The translations under genes and the position numbers were made by a program. Below are positions 1 to 12,668 of a stretch of DNA of 39,256 bases, one piece after another. The notes below the pieces were generated by a model. It was not told where the DNA came from. It was given only the letters and a program-made list of their open reading frames with translations, and searched no databases. Origin of the DNA: Octopus bimaculoides (taxonomy: Eukaryota); assembly GCF_001194135.2 (NCBI RefSeq), contig NC_068997.1:44190323-44229578 (forward strand). Direction: 5' to 3'. Each line of letters starts with the position of its first letter. Position 1 is the first letter of the stretch.

Positions 1-174
1 AGAAAAAACAAATTTTAATTCCACATTTCTAATTTAGTGATGTTAATTAACCCTTTAGCATTTAAAGCACCACCCATATCCAGCCTGAATATTCTACTTG
101 TTTCATGTTTAAACCAGCCAGATCCATCCTCTCACACCTACCCTACAATGTCATTCTAAATATAACCTAATGAT

Positions 175-392
175 CTTTTCTACTCTAGGCACAAGGCCTG
201 AAATTTTTGGAGATGGCGGCAGTCAATTAGATCACCCCTGCCCCAATGTGCAACTGGTACTTAATTTATCGACTTCGAAAGGATGAAAGGCAAAGTCAAC
301 CTCGACAGAATTTGAACTCAGAATGTAAAGACAGATGAAATACCGTTAAGCATTTCGCCTGGCGTGCTAACGTTTCTGGCAGCTTGCCGACT
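175..392 (-). mobile_element. tRNA-headed SINE family C (Meta-domain-like core)
   Basis: Core ctttgcctttcatcctttcg..gtcgataaattaagtaccag. Other copies at about 6650-6862, 6895-7088, 19095-19350, 20185-20515, 33215-33400, 34160-34278 and 35100-35315. The superfamily name is from recall. Confidence 0.8.
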
Positions 393-459
393 TAAATATA
401 ACCTATTAAGAAACCATGAATGAAAACCAAAAAGCCATATAGGATATGAGAAGAACTTT

Positions 460-590
460 TCAACAAGGAGTGGAATGTACAGTTTCCTGTATGTCAGACC
501 GTCTCATGGTTCCAGCAGACAAAATGGGAAAAGGTGTTGCCCTGGAGGATGGCAAGGGAGCCACTCTGACTCACAGGGCTCATACTTTTC
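460..590 (-). repeat. Repeat family F; inverted copy at about 6320-6445
   Basis: tgagccctgtgagtcagagt...ggcaac...ttttcc(c)attttgtc...catgaga.ggt...acaggaaac.gta..ttccactcctt is shared. Confidence 0.7.
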
Positions 591-782
591 TGACAGACAT
601 CTCCACCACAATACTGTATGATTAGTTCAAAATGATGGGAATAAATAATCAGTACATTTAACAGAGAAATCTGGATGTTAAAGGGTTGAGTCAATCATTT
701 CATTCATAATGTATCTGAAAGCTGTTTATCTTACTTCAAAATGCCTACAAGTCTTTATTTATAATTTCCCACCCAATTTCAG

Positions 783-982
783 GTGCCTGCAAGGATACAC
801 AACGTTTGTGGTGACTTGTGCCTTCAGTCCCGATAGTAAATTGTTGGTGTCTGGCTGCAATACAGGAAAGCTTCGTGTTTGGGATATGTTTGAAAATCTT
901 GGTAGAGGCTTGCTTAAGGATTTTGAAGCACATGATCTTGCTATGATGGGATGCGATTTTTGGAGTAATATATCTTCAGAAA
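783..982 (+). CDS. WDSUB1: WDSUB1 exon (WD40: CLQGYTTFVVTCAFSPDSKLLVSGCNTGKLRVWD...AHDLAMMGCDFWSNISSE)
   Basis: Acceptor tttcag at 777-782, donor gtaaga at 983. 200 nt, phase 2 to 1. Lies inside track ORF 709-1206. Confidence 0.9.
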
Positions 983-1020
983 GTAAGACTTTCTTTCCTA
1001 GATTCTTATTTCTTATCTGT

Positions 1021-1525
1021 ACTCTTTTACTCTTTTACTTGTTTCAGTCATTTGACTGTGGCCATGCTGGAGCACCGCCTTTTAGTCGAGCTAATCGACC
1101 CCAGGACTTATTCTTTGTAAGCCTAGTACTTATTATATCAGTCTCTTTAGTCGAACCGCTAAGTTACAGGGACGTAAACACGCCAGCATCGGTTGTCAAG
1201 CGATGATGGGGGGGACAAACACAGACACACAAACATATACACACACATACATATACATATATACAACGGGCTTCTTTCAGTTTCCGTCTACCAAATCTAC
1301 TCACAAGGCTTTGGTCAGCCCGAGGCTATAGTAGAAGNNNNNNNNNNACATATACATATATACAACGGGCTTCTTTCAGTTTCCGTCTACCAAATCTACT
1401 CACAAGGCTTTGGTCAGCCCGAGGCTATAGTAGAAGACACTTGCCCAAGGTGCTACGCAGTGGGACTGAACCCGGAACCTTGTGGTTGGTAAGCAAGCTA
1501 CTTACCACACAGCCACTCCTACGTC
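1021..1525 (-). mobile_element. tRNA-headed SINE family A (CORE-like body, internal TA/TG microsatellite)
   Basis: A/B-box head (tggctgtgtgg / ggttcagtccc), accttgggcaagtgtctt body, (aaaagagt)n tail; many copies in the window. Confidence 0.85.
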
Positions 1526-1587
1526 TATACATAACATTTAAAACATTGTTCGTTTGGAGAGCATCACTGCAGTTTTATCTTTCTTTC

Positions 1588-1805
1588 CTTTATTTGTTTC
1601 AGTCGTTAGACTGCGGCCATGCTGGGGCACCACCTTGAATAGTTTTTTTTAGTCAAATCTATCGACCCCACTACTTATTTTTTTTTAAGCCTGGTAATTA
1701 TTCTATCAGTCTCTTTTGCTGAGCTGCTAAATTACGTGGATGTAAGCACAACCACACTGGTTGTCAAGCAGTGGTAGGGGACAAACACAGACACAAATAC
1801 ATACA

Positions 1806-1846
<41 letters not shown>

Positions 1847-2079
1847 NNNNNNNNNNATATAGATGCATATCTGGGTACATGATGTTGCAAAAAATCATGG
1901 ACAAAATGATAAACAGGGTACAGAAAACACACAGGCCACATAGAGAACATTTCCTTCATCAGCTGCCACCATTATAACACTAGCGTTTCAAAGAGTTAGG
2001 GCATATATATACACACACACATATATATATATCTATATATATACACATATATATACATGCATATATATATATATATATA

Positions 2080-2111
<32 letters not shown>

Positions 2112-2310
2112 AATGTGTGTGTGTGTGTGTATACACACATACACATACACAATGGGCTTCTTTGTGTTTCCATCTACCAAATCAACTCACAAGGCTTTGG
2201 TTGGCCTGAAGCTATAGTAGAAAACATTTGCCCAAAGTGCCAAGCAGTGGGACTGAACCTTCCCAACCATGTGGTTGGAAAGCAAATCTTCTTACCACAC
2301 AACCACACCT
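1588..2310 (-). mobile_element. SINE family A copy with an insert in its central microsatellite
   Basis: 3' half at 1588-1800, 5' half at 2140-2310, and foreign sequence at about 1860-2000 between (TA)n tracts. Confidence 0.7.
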
Positions 2311-2940
2311 TCTTTTAAAATGTCTTGTTCAGTTCTGTGTATATAGGAATACTGCTTACTTTAAAAGTACAGTGAAGGTAGCTACGACTGTAGAGCAGAG
2401 GAGTAAACATATCACAATATTGAATTTCTCTTTATGCTCCAATTCAGATCTTTTAAACCAGTGGAATAAGAAACAATTAACTAGTGTAAAAACTACCCCA
2501 TTACACATCTATTTTCATATTCTTCAATTTGTTTTAAACCATCTAACCTTATAATTTAATCTTAATGCATGGCTGGCCAAAAATCACCTGACAGCAAATC
2601 AAAACCATTTAATTCCATTTAGTTCCATTTATTTATGTTTAACAACTGAATGAATATAATAGAAGCATCTAAATATGAAACATCATGAAAATTGTTCAAA
2701 CTGAAGTCCTTCTTGAGGGACACATTTTCCCATTCGAGTCAATACAGAATTAGAGATAGTATTTATAGAATTTTGATTTACTGTCGGGTGACTTCTGACC
2801 AAATCTTAATATAGGCACAAGGCCTTGGATTTTTAAGAGAGAAGTTGTAACTTTTATATCTTTCCCAAGGTTATTAGAAGGATAAGTGAAATAAAATGTC
2901 TTAACTAGGAAGAAATTTTAATTTACATTTTATTTATGTA

Positions 2941-3196
2941 CTAGCAGCTAAACCCGGTTTCACTTGGTCTGTTTGGATGATGTGGCACACACTAACATAC
3001 ATGCACGCATGCAGGTTGTTTTTATTGATTTTCTCTGTTAGTATGGGGGCTAGGAAAAAATAGAAAGCGCATTCCAATCTATGCACCCGTCTCCACATGT
3101 GTGCCATTTTTCACGCAAATCCACCCAGCCGTTTGGCTGTGAACCTCAAGACAAGAAAGAATACAATGGTCGGCCAACTTCAATTTATATTATAGA
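2941..3196 (-). mobile_element. Non-autonomous Helitron
   Basis: Minus strand begins A^TC(TATAAT) and ends CTAG^T, with a decayed GC-rich hairpin (acccggtttcacttggt on +) about 8 nt from the end. Confidence 0.6.
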
Positions 3197-3920
3197 TTTA
3201 GAAAATAAAGGAAATATTAAAATTGAACAGCAGACTCCGCTTACCTACACAAGGTTCCTTATATGCAATGAAATAATGATGAATATGATGTTGATGATTT
3301 CTTACATAGCCATAACACTAACAAATTTGGTGGGCAGGGACCAAAGAACTATATTATAAAAAAATCAATTTTTGACTGCTCGTTATCTCTTTTTAACCAA
3401 ATCTAGTGGCTTGCCTTCTCCACTGTAGTCTGGATATCACTCATGATGGTGTTTGCTTTATGATGAGTTTGGCCTAGCGACAACAACAGTACTTCATCAT
3501 CATCGTCATCATTTAACATCCACTTTCCATGCTGGCATGGGTTGGATGGTCGGACTGAAAACTGATAAGGCGGAGAGCCGCACCAGGTTCTGATCTGGTT
3601 TGGCAAGGTTTCTACTGCTAGATACCCTTCCTAACACCAACTATTCCGAGAGTGTAGTGAATGTTTTTTATGTGTCACTGGCATAGGTACCATTGACTTG
3701 ACACCAGCATCAGCCATGACTATGGTCTCACTTGACTTGACAGGTCTACACAAGCACAATATATCACCAAATGTCTTGATCACCTGTCACTACCTCCGTA
3801 AGGCCCATAATAATAATAATAATAATATTACATGTAGTAGTAACAACAGTAGTTAGGATTATAGTAGTAGTAATAATAATCATGTTAACCTTGTGCCTTT
3901 TTATGTATGTTTATCCATTG

Positions 3921-4290
3921 TGGAGGTGCAATGGCCCAGTGGTTAGGGCAGCAGACTCATGGTCGTAGGATCATGGTTTCAATTCCCAGACTAGGCGTTG
4001 TGAGTGTTTATTGAGCAAAAACGCCTAAAGATCCACGAGGCTCTGGCAGGGGATGGTGGCGAACCCTGCTGTACTCTTTCACCACAACTTTCTCTCACTC
4101 TTTCTTCCTGTTTCTGTTGTACCTGTATTTCAAAGGGCCAGCCTTGTCACACTCTGTGAACTACGTTAAGGGGACACATGTCTGTGGAGTGCTCAGCCAC
4201 TTGCACGTTAATTTCATGAGCAGGTTGTTCCATTGATCAAATTAACTGGAACTCTCATTGTTGTCGTAACCGACAGAATGCTACGTCATG
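3921..4290 (+). mobile_element. tRNA-headed SINE family B
   Basis: Head gtggaggtgcaatggcccagtgg...ggtttcaattccc (A/B boxes); 3' module gagaactacgttaaggg...cttgcacgttaatttc...ggaac. Confidence 0.85.
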
Positions 4291-4339
4291 TTCATCCATT
4301 AAACGTTTTAGTTCACATTAATTACTTACATCGATGTGT

Positions 4340-4720
4340 CACATCCTGATCATGAGAAGAAGTGGTAGGGGAGCATCGTAGCCATGTGTTAAGAGGAATT
4401 CTTTGAGATTTGAATAATTCACTCCTGGAAACATGGGTGTTTCATTCATCATCCTTAAACAAACCTTATTCAGGGACCTTTTGAGCGGGATGGGCTACTC
4501 CACTTGAAGAAAATTCTAACTGGACCCCACCTGCAAGGTTATACACTGTTTATCTTGATATGAGATTACCATGTCGCACACATATGGTTGTGATGCATGT
4601 GCCTGGTGTACCCTTATCAGACGGGTAGTCATGATGGGTATATTGGGCTTTGTATATTTGTACCCCAGTGTCACTTTGATGACATGCATTGCTCTCTCAC
4701 TTAATAACAATAATAATAAT

Positions 4721-4770
<50 letters not shown>
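4340..4770 (+). mobile_element. Repeat family E with (AAT)n tail; second copy at 36361-36665
   Basis: catccttaaacaaaccttattcagggaccttttgagcggg...ctctctcact(c/t)aataataat is shared by both loci. Confidence 0.75.
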
Positions 4771-4813
4771 AGTGATAATACACATGCATTTGTTTGTTTG
4801 TTTTTTTTTGTAG

Positions 4814-4897
4814 ATAATCATACCAAATATTTATTGGCAACCTGTGGCCAAGACGCATTACTAAAACTTTGGGAAATTGTGTCTGCAGATAGGACAA
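4814..4897 (+). CDS. WDSUB1: WDSUB1 exon (NNHTKYLLATCGQDALLKLWEIVSADRT)
   Basis: Poly-T then tgtag acceptor, donor gtaagt at 4898. 84 nt, phase 1 to 1. WD40 motif LATCGQD..KLWE. Confidence 0.92.
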
Positions 4898-5875
4898 GTA
4901 AGTACTGCTAAGCAACTAGTGTATTTATTTGACTTTGACTAATGCTCAGCTGGCATAATTAATTTAGCTGTTGTTACCATGGCAAAAAATCTTGACTTTA
5001 AAATGATTTTGGTATTGTTCAAACATTGCATGTTGTTCATTGGAGTGTTTTTTTTGTTGTTGGTTATGGAAGTCAAACAGTGATCAAATAATTCAGAAAC
5101 ATGTCCAGATAGATGAAAGCCATGCTTATCATGTAACTACACACACACTTACACATATATGTAAGTGCATAGTTAAGTACTTTGCTTTGTAACAGTGTAG
5201 CTTTGGGTTCAGTCTCACCTTTGGTAAGTGTTTTCTACTATAGCTCTGGGCCAACCAAAACCTTGTGAGTGGATATGATAGATAGAAACTGAAATAAGTC
5301 TGTATATATATGAATATAGGATAGTGGTACAACAATGCTCCAATATTTATTGGAAATAGCAGCTTCACTGTATATATATACTGGCAAAAATGTTTGCAGG
5401 CAGTGAACATAAAAAATTTTTACCGGTAAGAAGAACATTAAATAAATGTACAACCCAGATGTGGATAATCTAGGACCTAGGTTTCGAACTTTCCAAATTA
5501 TATTTGTTAATGTAATTTATACTTTAAACTGATGGTGCTTTGTTTTACTGAGAAGCAATACTACTGTATTGCACTGCCCTTCCTGCTGTCAACCCTTGCC
5601 TGTTTCCAAGCAAGGAAATATTTCCCCATAGCCGGACAGGTTTCCATGGTAGATTGGAAATAAACGACACCACTTGTATGATAGTGATGCTCGTTTACAA
5701 CTGTCACACAATGTCAAAGCAAGGAGAGAGAGAGAGAGAGAGACACACACACACACACCTTTTCGGTTTTTGTCTAGCAAATCTACCAACAAGAATTCTA
5801 CCATAGCCTGGGCCTATAATAGATGACACATGCCATGCAATGTAACTGAACTGGAAACCACATGGTTGAGAAGTG

Positions 5876-5909
<34 letters not shown>

Positions 5910-6155
5910 TTCATCATCAATATCAGTATAATTCAAGGCGATGAGCTGGCAGAATCATTAGGCCACCAGGCAAAATGCCTGGCAGCATTTTGTCTGTTTT
6001 TACATTCTGAGTTCAAATTTGTTTCAATCCTCTGTTCAGAGCCTTGTACCTACTCTCATTTTATATGTAAACTACTCTACTTTGGAGTGACACAAGTATC
6101 ATAAATAAATTCATTCCTGTTCTAATGCTCCTGTCTTTCATGTTTTGTCTTCCAG

Positions 6156-6249
6156 GTGTACAAGTTAGCAATAAATTTGTCCTTACTGGACACAAAGCAC
6201 CTGTCTCTGTTTGTTGTTTTGCTCATCATAAAAAACTGCTGGCTTCGGG
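6156..6249 (+). CDS. WDSUB1: WDSUB1 exon (VQVSNKFVLTGHKAPVSVCCFAHHKKLLASG)
   Basis: Acceptor ttgtcttccag, donor gtaagt at 6250. 94 nt, phase 1 to 2. GH dipeptide of a WD repeat. Confidence 0.92.
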
Positions 6250-7284
6250 GTAAGTACATTCTCAATATTTTCTTAAATAAGACCAGTGGATTAGCAGAAT
6301 TGGTAGAGCGACAGGTGTGAGCCCTGTGAGTCAGAGTTGTTGTTCCAGTGCATCCTCAGAGGCAACCCTTTTTCCATTTTGTCCCCTGGGATCATGAGAT
6401 GGTTTGAGTTACAGGAAACAGTATGTTCCACTCCTTAATGTAAAGCTAGGTAGAAGAATAGGTATAAAATACAAGTTTGTAAAAGTGGTAACTAGTTGTT
6501 GTTGCTGTTGTTTCTGCATAATAAATTACTCGCATGTACTAAGAACCAGGGAATAATCATTAAAATGTTTCCCACTCAACAAAACGAACTCTTTCTATGT
6601 TAATTATTACAGGAAATAGCAATAATAGCCAGAAAAACGAAAATAATGTTTTCTACTATAGGCACAAGGCCTGAAACTTTTGGGAAAGGGGTTAGTCAAT
6701 TAAATTGACTCCAGTGCATAACTGGTACTTATTTCATTGACCCCTAAAGGATGAAAGGCAAAGTCAGTCTCAGTGGAATTTGAACTCAGAACATAAAGAC
6801 AGATGAAATGCCACTAAGGAGTTTGCTTGATGTGCTAACAATTCTGCCAACTCACCATCTTAGGACAATGGAAATAATAGGAAAGACAGTAACAATGATT
6901 TCAAATTTTGACTCAAGGCCAGCAATTTCGGATGTGGGGCTAAGTCAACTACATCAACCCCAGTGATCAACTGGTACTTATTTTATCAACCCCTAAAGGA
7001 TGAAAAGTAAAGTCAACTTCAGCAGAATTTAAATTCAGATCATGAAGATGGATGAAAAGCTGCTATGCATTTTGCTCGGCATGATAACNNNNNNNNNNNN
7101 NNNNNNNNNNNNNNNNNNNNNNNNNNNNNNNNNNNNNNNNNNNNNNNNNNNNNNNNNNNNNNNNNNNNNNNNNNNNNNNNNNNNNNNNNNNNNNNNNNNN
7201 NNNNNNNNNNNNNNNNNNNNNNNNNNNNNNNNNNNNNNNNNNNNNNNNNNNNNNNNNNNNNNNNNNNNNNNNNNNNNNNNNNNN

Positions 7285-7565
7285 CCTAAAGCTCCCCGAG
7301 GCTCTGGCAGGGGATGGTGGCGAACCCTGCTGTACTCTTTCACCACAACTTTCTCTCATTCTTTCTTCCTGTTTCTGTTGTGCCTGTAGTTCAAGGGGTC
7401 AGCCTTGTCACACTCTGTGTCACGCTGAATATCCCCGAGAACTACGTTAAGGGTACACGTGTCTGTGGAGTGCTCAGCCACTTGCACGTTAATTTCACGA
7501 GCAGGTTGATCGGATCGACTGGAACCCTCGACGTCGTAAGCGACGGAATGCCAACAACAACAACC
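7285..7565 (+). mobile_element. SINE family B (5' end in gap)
   Basis: Body and (aac)n tail match the other family B copies. Confidence 0.85.
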
Positions 7566-8190
7566 ATCATCACTACTGACAGTAACTTGACACCATTTTA
7601 TGTTCTCATTTCAAATCTGCTGAAGTGAACTTCAGTTTTTCATGTTTCTAGGGTTTCAATAAAATACAGAACCAGAGAAGAACTGGGTGGTTTTTTACAT
7701 TATTACCTGACCCATGAGTGCCCTTAGCAGAGCCCATTGTTTTGAACACATTTGGAGCAGGTCTTCATTGTGTTTGGGGAGAACTTCCTTTCAAGAAGTT
7801 ACCCTTGGTCTTAGAGATCCTTGAAGGGTCACAGGGTCCTTCTCCAACAGAGCTATAATAAAAATAACATACAGATCTCTAAAATCAGTGCTCCACTTTG
7901 ATCATCACCATTACCACCACTCTCTGCATCATCATTGTCATCATCTTCATCATCATCACCACTACCACCATCATCAACATCATAATCATCATCGTCATTG
8001 TCATCGTCCTTTTATGTTCATCTTCCATGTTGGCATGGGGTGAGTGATTTGATCCTATCCAATGAACCTGAGGACTGCATCATGCCTTGAAAACTAAGGT
8101 GATATGGGGCTTCATGTAGCTTTCCTTTGAATTCCATTAGTAAAGTGGGCCTACAATTATTTTGTCTCTTTTTCTTTTTTATGTTTTCAG

Positions 8191-8224
8191 ATCCTTTGAT
8201 AAAACTATAAGACTTTGGGACCCT
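8191..8224 (+). CDS. WDSUB1: WDSUB1 micro-exon (SFDKTIRLWDP)
   Basis: Long polypyrimidine tract then ttttcag, donor gtaagt at 8225. 34 nt, phase 2 to 0. Completes a WD repeat (S.DKTIRLWD). Confidence 0.9.
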
Positions 8225-8437
8225 GTAAGTTACCACTTGTTTCTTCAAATTTCGAAATAGAGTATTTTGTTAGAGTCTGTTATTATTATTATTATTATTT
8301 AGCCTCAGGTCAGGCAACATTCAGTAGACTTGTGATCTAAGACATTCCATTCATACCCAATCCATCTTGTTGTATTGTTTCTGTGTATATGAATGGTTGT
8401 ATTGGTTTGGTGTATATAAACCATAGTGCAGATTATA

Positions 8438-8764
8438 TGTGTATAAAGGGCTGTGAAGGTTCTGTGCATAGCGTACTTTAGTTTTTGTGTATAAATGGCT
8501 GTGAAAGTTCTGTGCATAGAGTACTTTAGTTTTTGTGTATAAATGGCTGTGAAAGTTCTGTGCATAGAGTACTTTAGTTTTTGTGTATAAATGGCTGTTA
8601 AGGTTCTGTGCATNNNNNNNNNNGAGTACTTTAGTTTTTGTGTATAAATGGCTGTGAAAGTTCTGTGCATAGAGTACTTTAGTTTTTGTGTATAAATGGC
8701 TGTTAAGGTTCTGTGCATAGAGTACTTTAGTTTTTGTGTATAAATGGCTGTTAAGGTTCTGTGC
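8438..8764. repeat. 48-bp minisatellite (about 6-7 copies, contains an N gap)
   Basis: Unit agagtactttagtttttgtgtataaatggctgtgaaagttctgtgcat; gives the 16-aa periodicity in track ORF 8305-8718. Confidence 0.92.
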
Positions 8765-9376
8765 CTGTAAGCAGTTGTATAGGAGTGAAGGTATATGGCT
8801 CAGTGGTTAAGGTATTCCGTTTTCAATCATAAGGTTCTGATTTTGGTTCCCAGTATTGCATTGTATCTGTGAGCAAGAAACTTTATTTCATGTTGCTTCA
8901 GTTGTATCTGTAATTCAAAGGGCCGGCTTTGTCACATTCTGTGTCCCACTGAATCTTCCTGAGAACTACATTAAGAGTACACATATCTGTAGAGTGCACT
9001 CTTCTCTTGATCAGAACAACTGGAACATTTTCATCATAACTGATGAAGTGCCAGTTGTGTAGGTTCGGTGATTATAAATACATTTGTATGTTGTGTATAT
9101 TTATAAATGGTTGTTTATATTCTGACATACAACTAATTGTATAAGTCCTCTGTGAATATAAATAGTTGTATAGGTTCTATGTATGTGGTTGGTTGTCTGG
9201 GTTCTGCATGTATAAATGGTTTCACAGGGTCTATGTATATAAATTTTTACATTAATACAATAATAGGATAAACTCTTATATAAGAATTTATCAAGTAGTT
9301 ATCATGAAAAAAATTCATAGGGAAGAATCTATCGTTTTCCTCCTAAATCATATTTATCTATTTATATATATATATA

Positions 9377-9548
9377 AGGCGTAGGAGTGGCTGTGTGGTA
9401 AGTAACTTGCTTACCAACCACATGGTCCCGGGTTCAGTCCCACTGCGTGGCATCTTGGGCAAGTGTCTTCTACTATAGCCTCGGGCCGACCGAAGCCTTG
9501 TGAGTGGATTTGGTAGACGGAAACTGAAAGAAGCCCGTCGTATATATG

Positions 9549-9581
<33 letters not shown>

Positions 9582-9775
9582 CTGTCTTTGTCCCCCCAAC
9601 ATCGCTTGACAACCGATGCTGGTGTGTTTATGTCCCCGTAACTTAGCGGTTCGGCAAAAGAGACCGATAGAATAAGTACTAGGCTTCTAAAGAATAAGTC
9701 CTGGGGTCGATTTGCTCGACTAAAGGTGGTGCTCCAGCATGACCGCAGCCACTTGGCTGAAACACATAAATAAAT
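9377..9775 (+). mobile_element. SINE family A, full length
   Basis: Reverse-complement match to 1021-1525. Confidence 0.88.
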
Positions 9776-10282
9776 AAAAAATAATATATATATAAGGGCA
9801 TAACTATACAAGAATGCCTCACGTTAACTACCGTAATAAACACATTTTTACCAAATGCGAGGAAATGCAGCCTTCAAAGAAGCTAGCCTATATAAATAGA
9901 TATATAAATTTTTAGGTATAAATTTTTTGTTTACTTGAGAATAACTACTAGCACTCTATTGTTTGTGACGATGAGGGTTCTAGTTCATCTGATCAACTGA
10001 ATAACCCACTCATAAAATTAATGTGCAAGTGGCTGAGTACTCCACAGACATGCATACCCTTAACGTAGTTCTCAGAGAGATTCAACATGACACAACGTGA
10101 TGAGGCTGGCCCTTTGAAATACAGGTACTATTCATTTTGAATGGACTGGAGCAACATGAACTACAAATTTGCGAATAAATGCAGTTGTATAATGCATATG
10201 ATTCCTGGATGATGCTGTAAGATTAGAGAAAAACTGATTGAGACGACTTCATTATTTATATTGTTTGCCTTCCATATTTCAG

Positions 10283-10323
10283 TCAGAAGGGCTGTGTATT
10301 CAAATATTTGCCAGTCACACAAG
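10283..10323 (+). CDS. WDSUB1: WDSUB1 micro-exon (SEGLCIQIFASHTR)
   Basis: Acceptor atatttcag, donor gtaagg at 10324. 41 nt, phase 0 to 2. Joins the next exon to give HTR|YVTCCAF. Confidence 0.87.
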
Positions 10324-10946
10324 GTAAGGTTTGCTTTCTTTCTCTTACTACCGAGAGTATCTTCATCATCATCATCATTGTTATATCATAGTCATCTTTA
10401 TTATTATTGTCATAGCACTGTCATAATGATGATTTATTTTATCATTATTGTTATTCTATTCATGAATATCAAATCAGCACAGTCATAGCTTTTATCATCA
10501 CTGTCATATTACTTATTTTTGTTGTTATATTATCACATTAAATATTGTATTATCTGGGTAAGATCATTATGTTGTTTTTTTTTTTTTGTTATTATCATTA
10601 TTATCAACCTTTTGCTGTCATCATGAAAATTATTTCTGTTGTCAATGCCACTCACTACTATCATTCAGGTTGTTGTCATGATGGAAGTTAAATAAGTTCA
10701 TTTAGCTACTTTATGCTATCTGTTCCTTATATTTTTCTTTGCTAGGCTTAGACAGTTACATGATTTAAATCTTGTCAAACTACAATAAACTTTTTACATT
10801 ATACAATACCACACAACACAGTGCCCTACATTACACTATGGTGATGTCATACAGCAAAATACTGTGCTACATTCTCTAGTACACAACTCTGCTCTCTGTA
10901 TCAAGCTACAAAACCTCATACACCATTCTTCACCCTACTTCACTAT

Positions 10947-11337
10947 TGTTGTTGTTGTTGGCACACCGTTGCTTATCATGTCGAGGGTTCCAGTTGATCC
11001 GATCAACGGAACAGCCTGCTCGTGAAATTAACGTGCAAGTGGCTGAACACTCCACAGACACATGTACCCTTAACGTAGTTCTCGGGGATACTCAGCGTGA
11101 CACAGTGTGACAAGGCTGACCCTTTGAATTACAGGCACAACAGAAACAGGAAGTAAGAGTGAGGGAAAGTTGTGGTGGAAGAGTACAGCAGGGTTTGCCA
11201 CCATCCCCTGCTGGAGCTTTGTGGAGCTTTAGGTGTTTTCGCTCAATAAACACTCACAACGCCTGGTCTGGGAATCGAAACCGCGATCCTATGACTGCGA
11301 GTCCACTGCCCTAACCACTAGGCCATTGCGCCTCCAC
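10947..11337 (-). mobile_element. SINE family B, full length with 10-bp TSD
   Basis: TSD acttcactat at 10937-10946 and 11338-11347. Confidence 0.9.
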
Positions 11338-11552
11338 ACTTCACTATACAACCTATATATAAATACACACACACACACATTTCACCATGACGAAGTACCC
11401 ACACACAGCTGTTGGTGAGCAGCATTCAACTATATAATAAAGAATAATGGTTTTTGAATATAAACTCAACAACTTAAAGCTGGTGCTGAAACAAATGTTG
11501 TGATCTACTACTAAAGCCTGTTGTTCTCCATCTCCTCATATTATATTATCTT

Positions 11553-11945
11553 TGTGGTAAGTAGCTTGCTTACCAACCACATGGTTCCGGGTTCACTCCC
11601 ACTGCGTGGCACATTGGGCAAGTGTCTTCTACTATAGCCTCGGGTCGACCAAAGCCTTGTGAGTGGATTTGGTAGACGGAAACTGAAAGAAGCCAGTCGT
11701 ATATATGTATATATATATATATGTGTATGTGTGTATTTGTGTGTCTGTTTGTCCCCCCAACATCGCTTGACAACTGATGGTGGTGTGTTTACATCCCCGT
11801 AACTTAGTGGTTCGGCAAAAGAGACCGTTAGAATAAGTACTCGGCTTCCAAAGAATAAGTCCTGGGGTCGATTTGCTCGACTAAAGGCGGTGCTCCAGCA
11901 TGGCCGCAGTCAAATGACTGAAACAAGTAAAAAAGAGTGAAAAAA
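11553..11945 (+). mobile_element. SINE family A, near full length
   Basis: Same body and tail as 9377-9775. Confidence 0.88.
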
Positions 11946-12477
11946 AAAAGAGTATGTGTGTATGTGCTTTTTATTTTATGTCCATTTCTTCCTGTTAGTA
12001 TGGGTTAGAAGTTTATATTTATTGAGACACTATACTCATCTATGCTGATGAAAAGCATGCCTCTGGCCACTCAGGGATATTTCTCTTTGCTCATTTTTAT
12101 TCCTGTTTTGTAAAGTACCCAGGCCATAAATGTGTACTGCCTTTTTTCTTTTTTGTATATATATCTCAGTGTCTTGTCTGCTAAAGATAAGACAGGATAG
12201 GACAATCGCTGTGCTGATGATGCATATTAAGGCAGAAGCATATATTTACATCTGCAGTCATCTTCTTGTCTCCAGATAATGATACTCTTTTCCTTATTGG
12301 CATGTCAATTTTGGAGAATTCTTTATTCTCGAGACAATCTCTTCTCATTTGTAGTTAGTATCAATTTGTACTAAGTGATTATTCTACCTTTTCTGGGAGC
12401 AGGGATAATTTCAGTAAATCAAGAACCTATCTTGTATAGTATTTATTTGATATATCTTTATTTGTCTTTGTAGGTAT

Positions 12478-12560
12478 CTGTGTGTGTGTGTGTGTGTGCG
12501 CGCGTGTGCGTGTGTCTCTCTCTCCTTTTGTCTGTCTCTGCCTGCCTGCCTGCCTCTGTC

Positions 12561-12629
<69 letters not shown>

Positions 12630-12636
12630 GTATATA

Positions 12637-12668
<32 letters not shown>

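Noticed and set aside
709-1206. 165-aa ORF as a stand-alone gene
   Set aside because: Only 783-982 is WD40 coding; the rest is intron and SINE read-through past a gtaaga donor.
1245-1440. Tandem duplication of about 90 nt of SINE sequence
   Set aside because: The identical copies sit either side of a 10-N gap, typical of unmerged contig overlap.
1940-2000. Hammerhead in the minus-strand insert (GAAAC...CTGATGAAG)
   Set aside because: Stems I and II cannot be formed in any topology I tried.
3921-4000. tRNA genes
   Set aside because: The A/B-box sequences are SINE heads continuing into shared SINE bodies; no complete cloverleaf.
8305-8718. Repetitive 137-aa ORF
   Set aside because: Translation of the 48-bp minisatellite.
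8438-8764. CRISPR-like array
   Set aside because: The units are contiguous with no unique spacers, and the context is eukaryotic.
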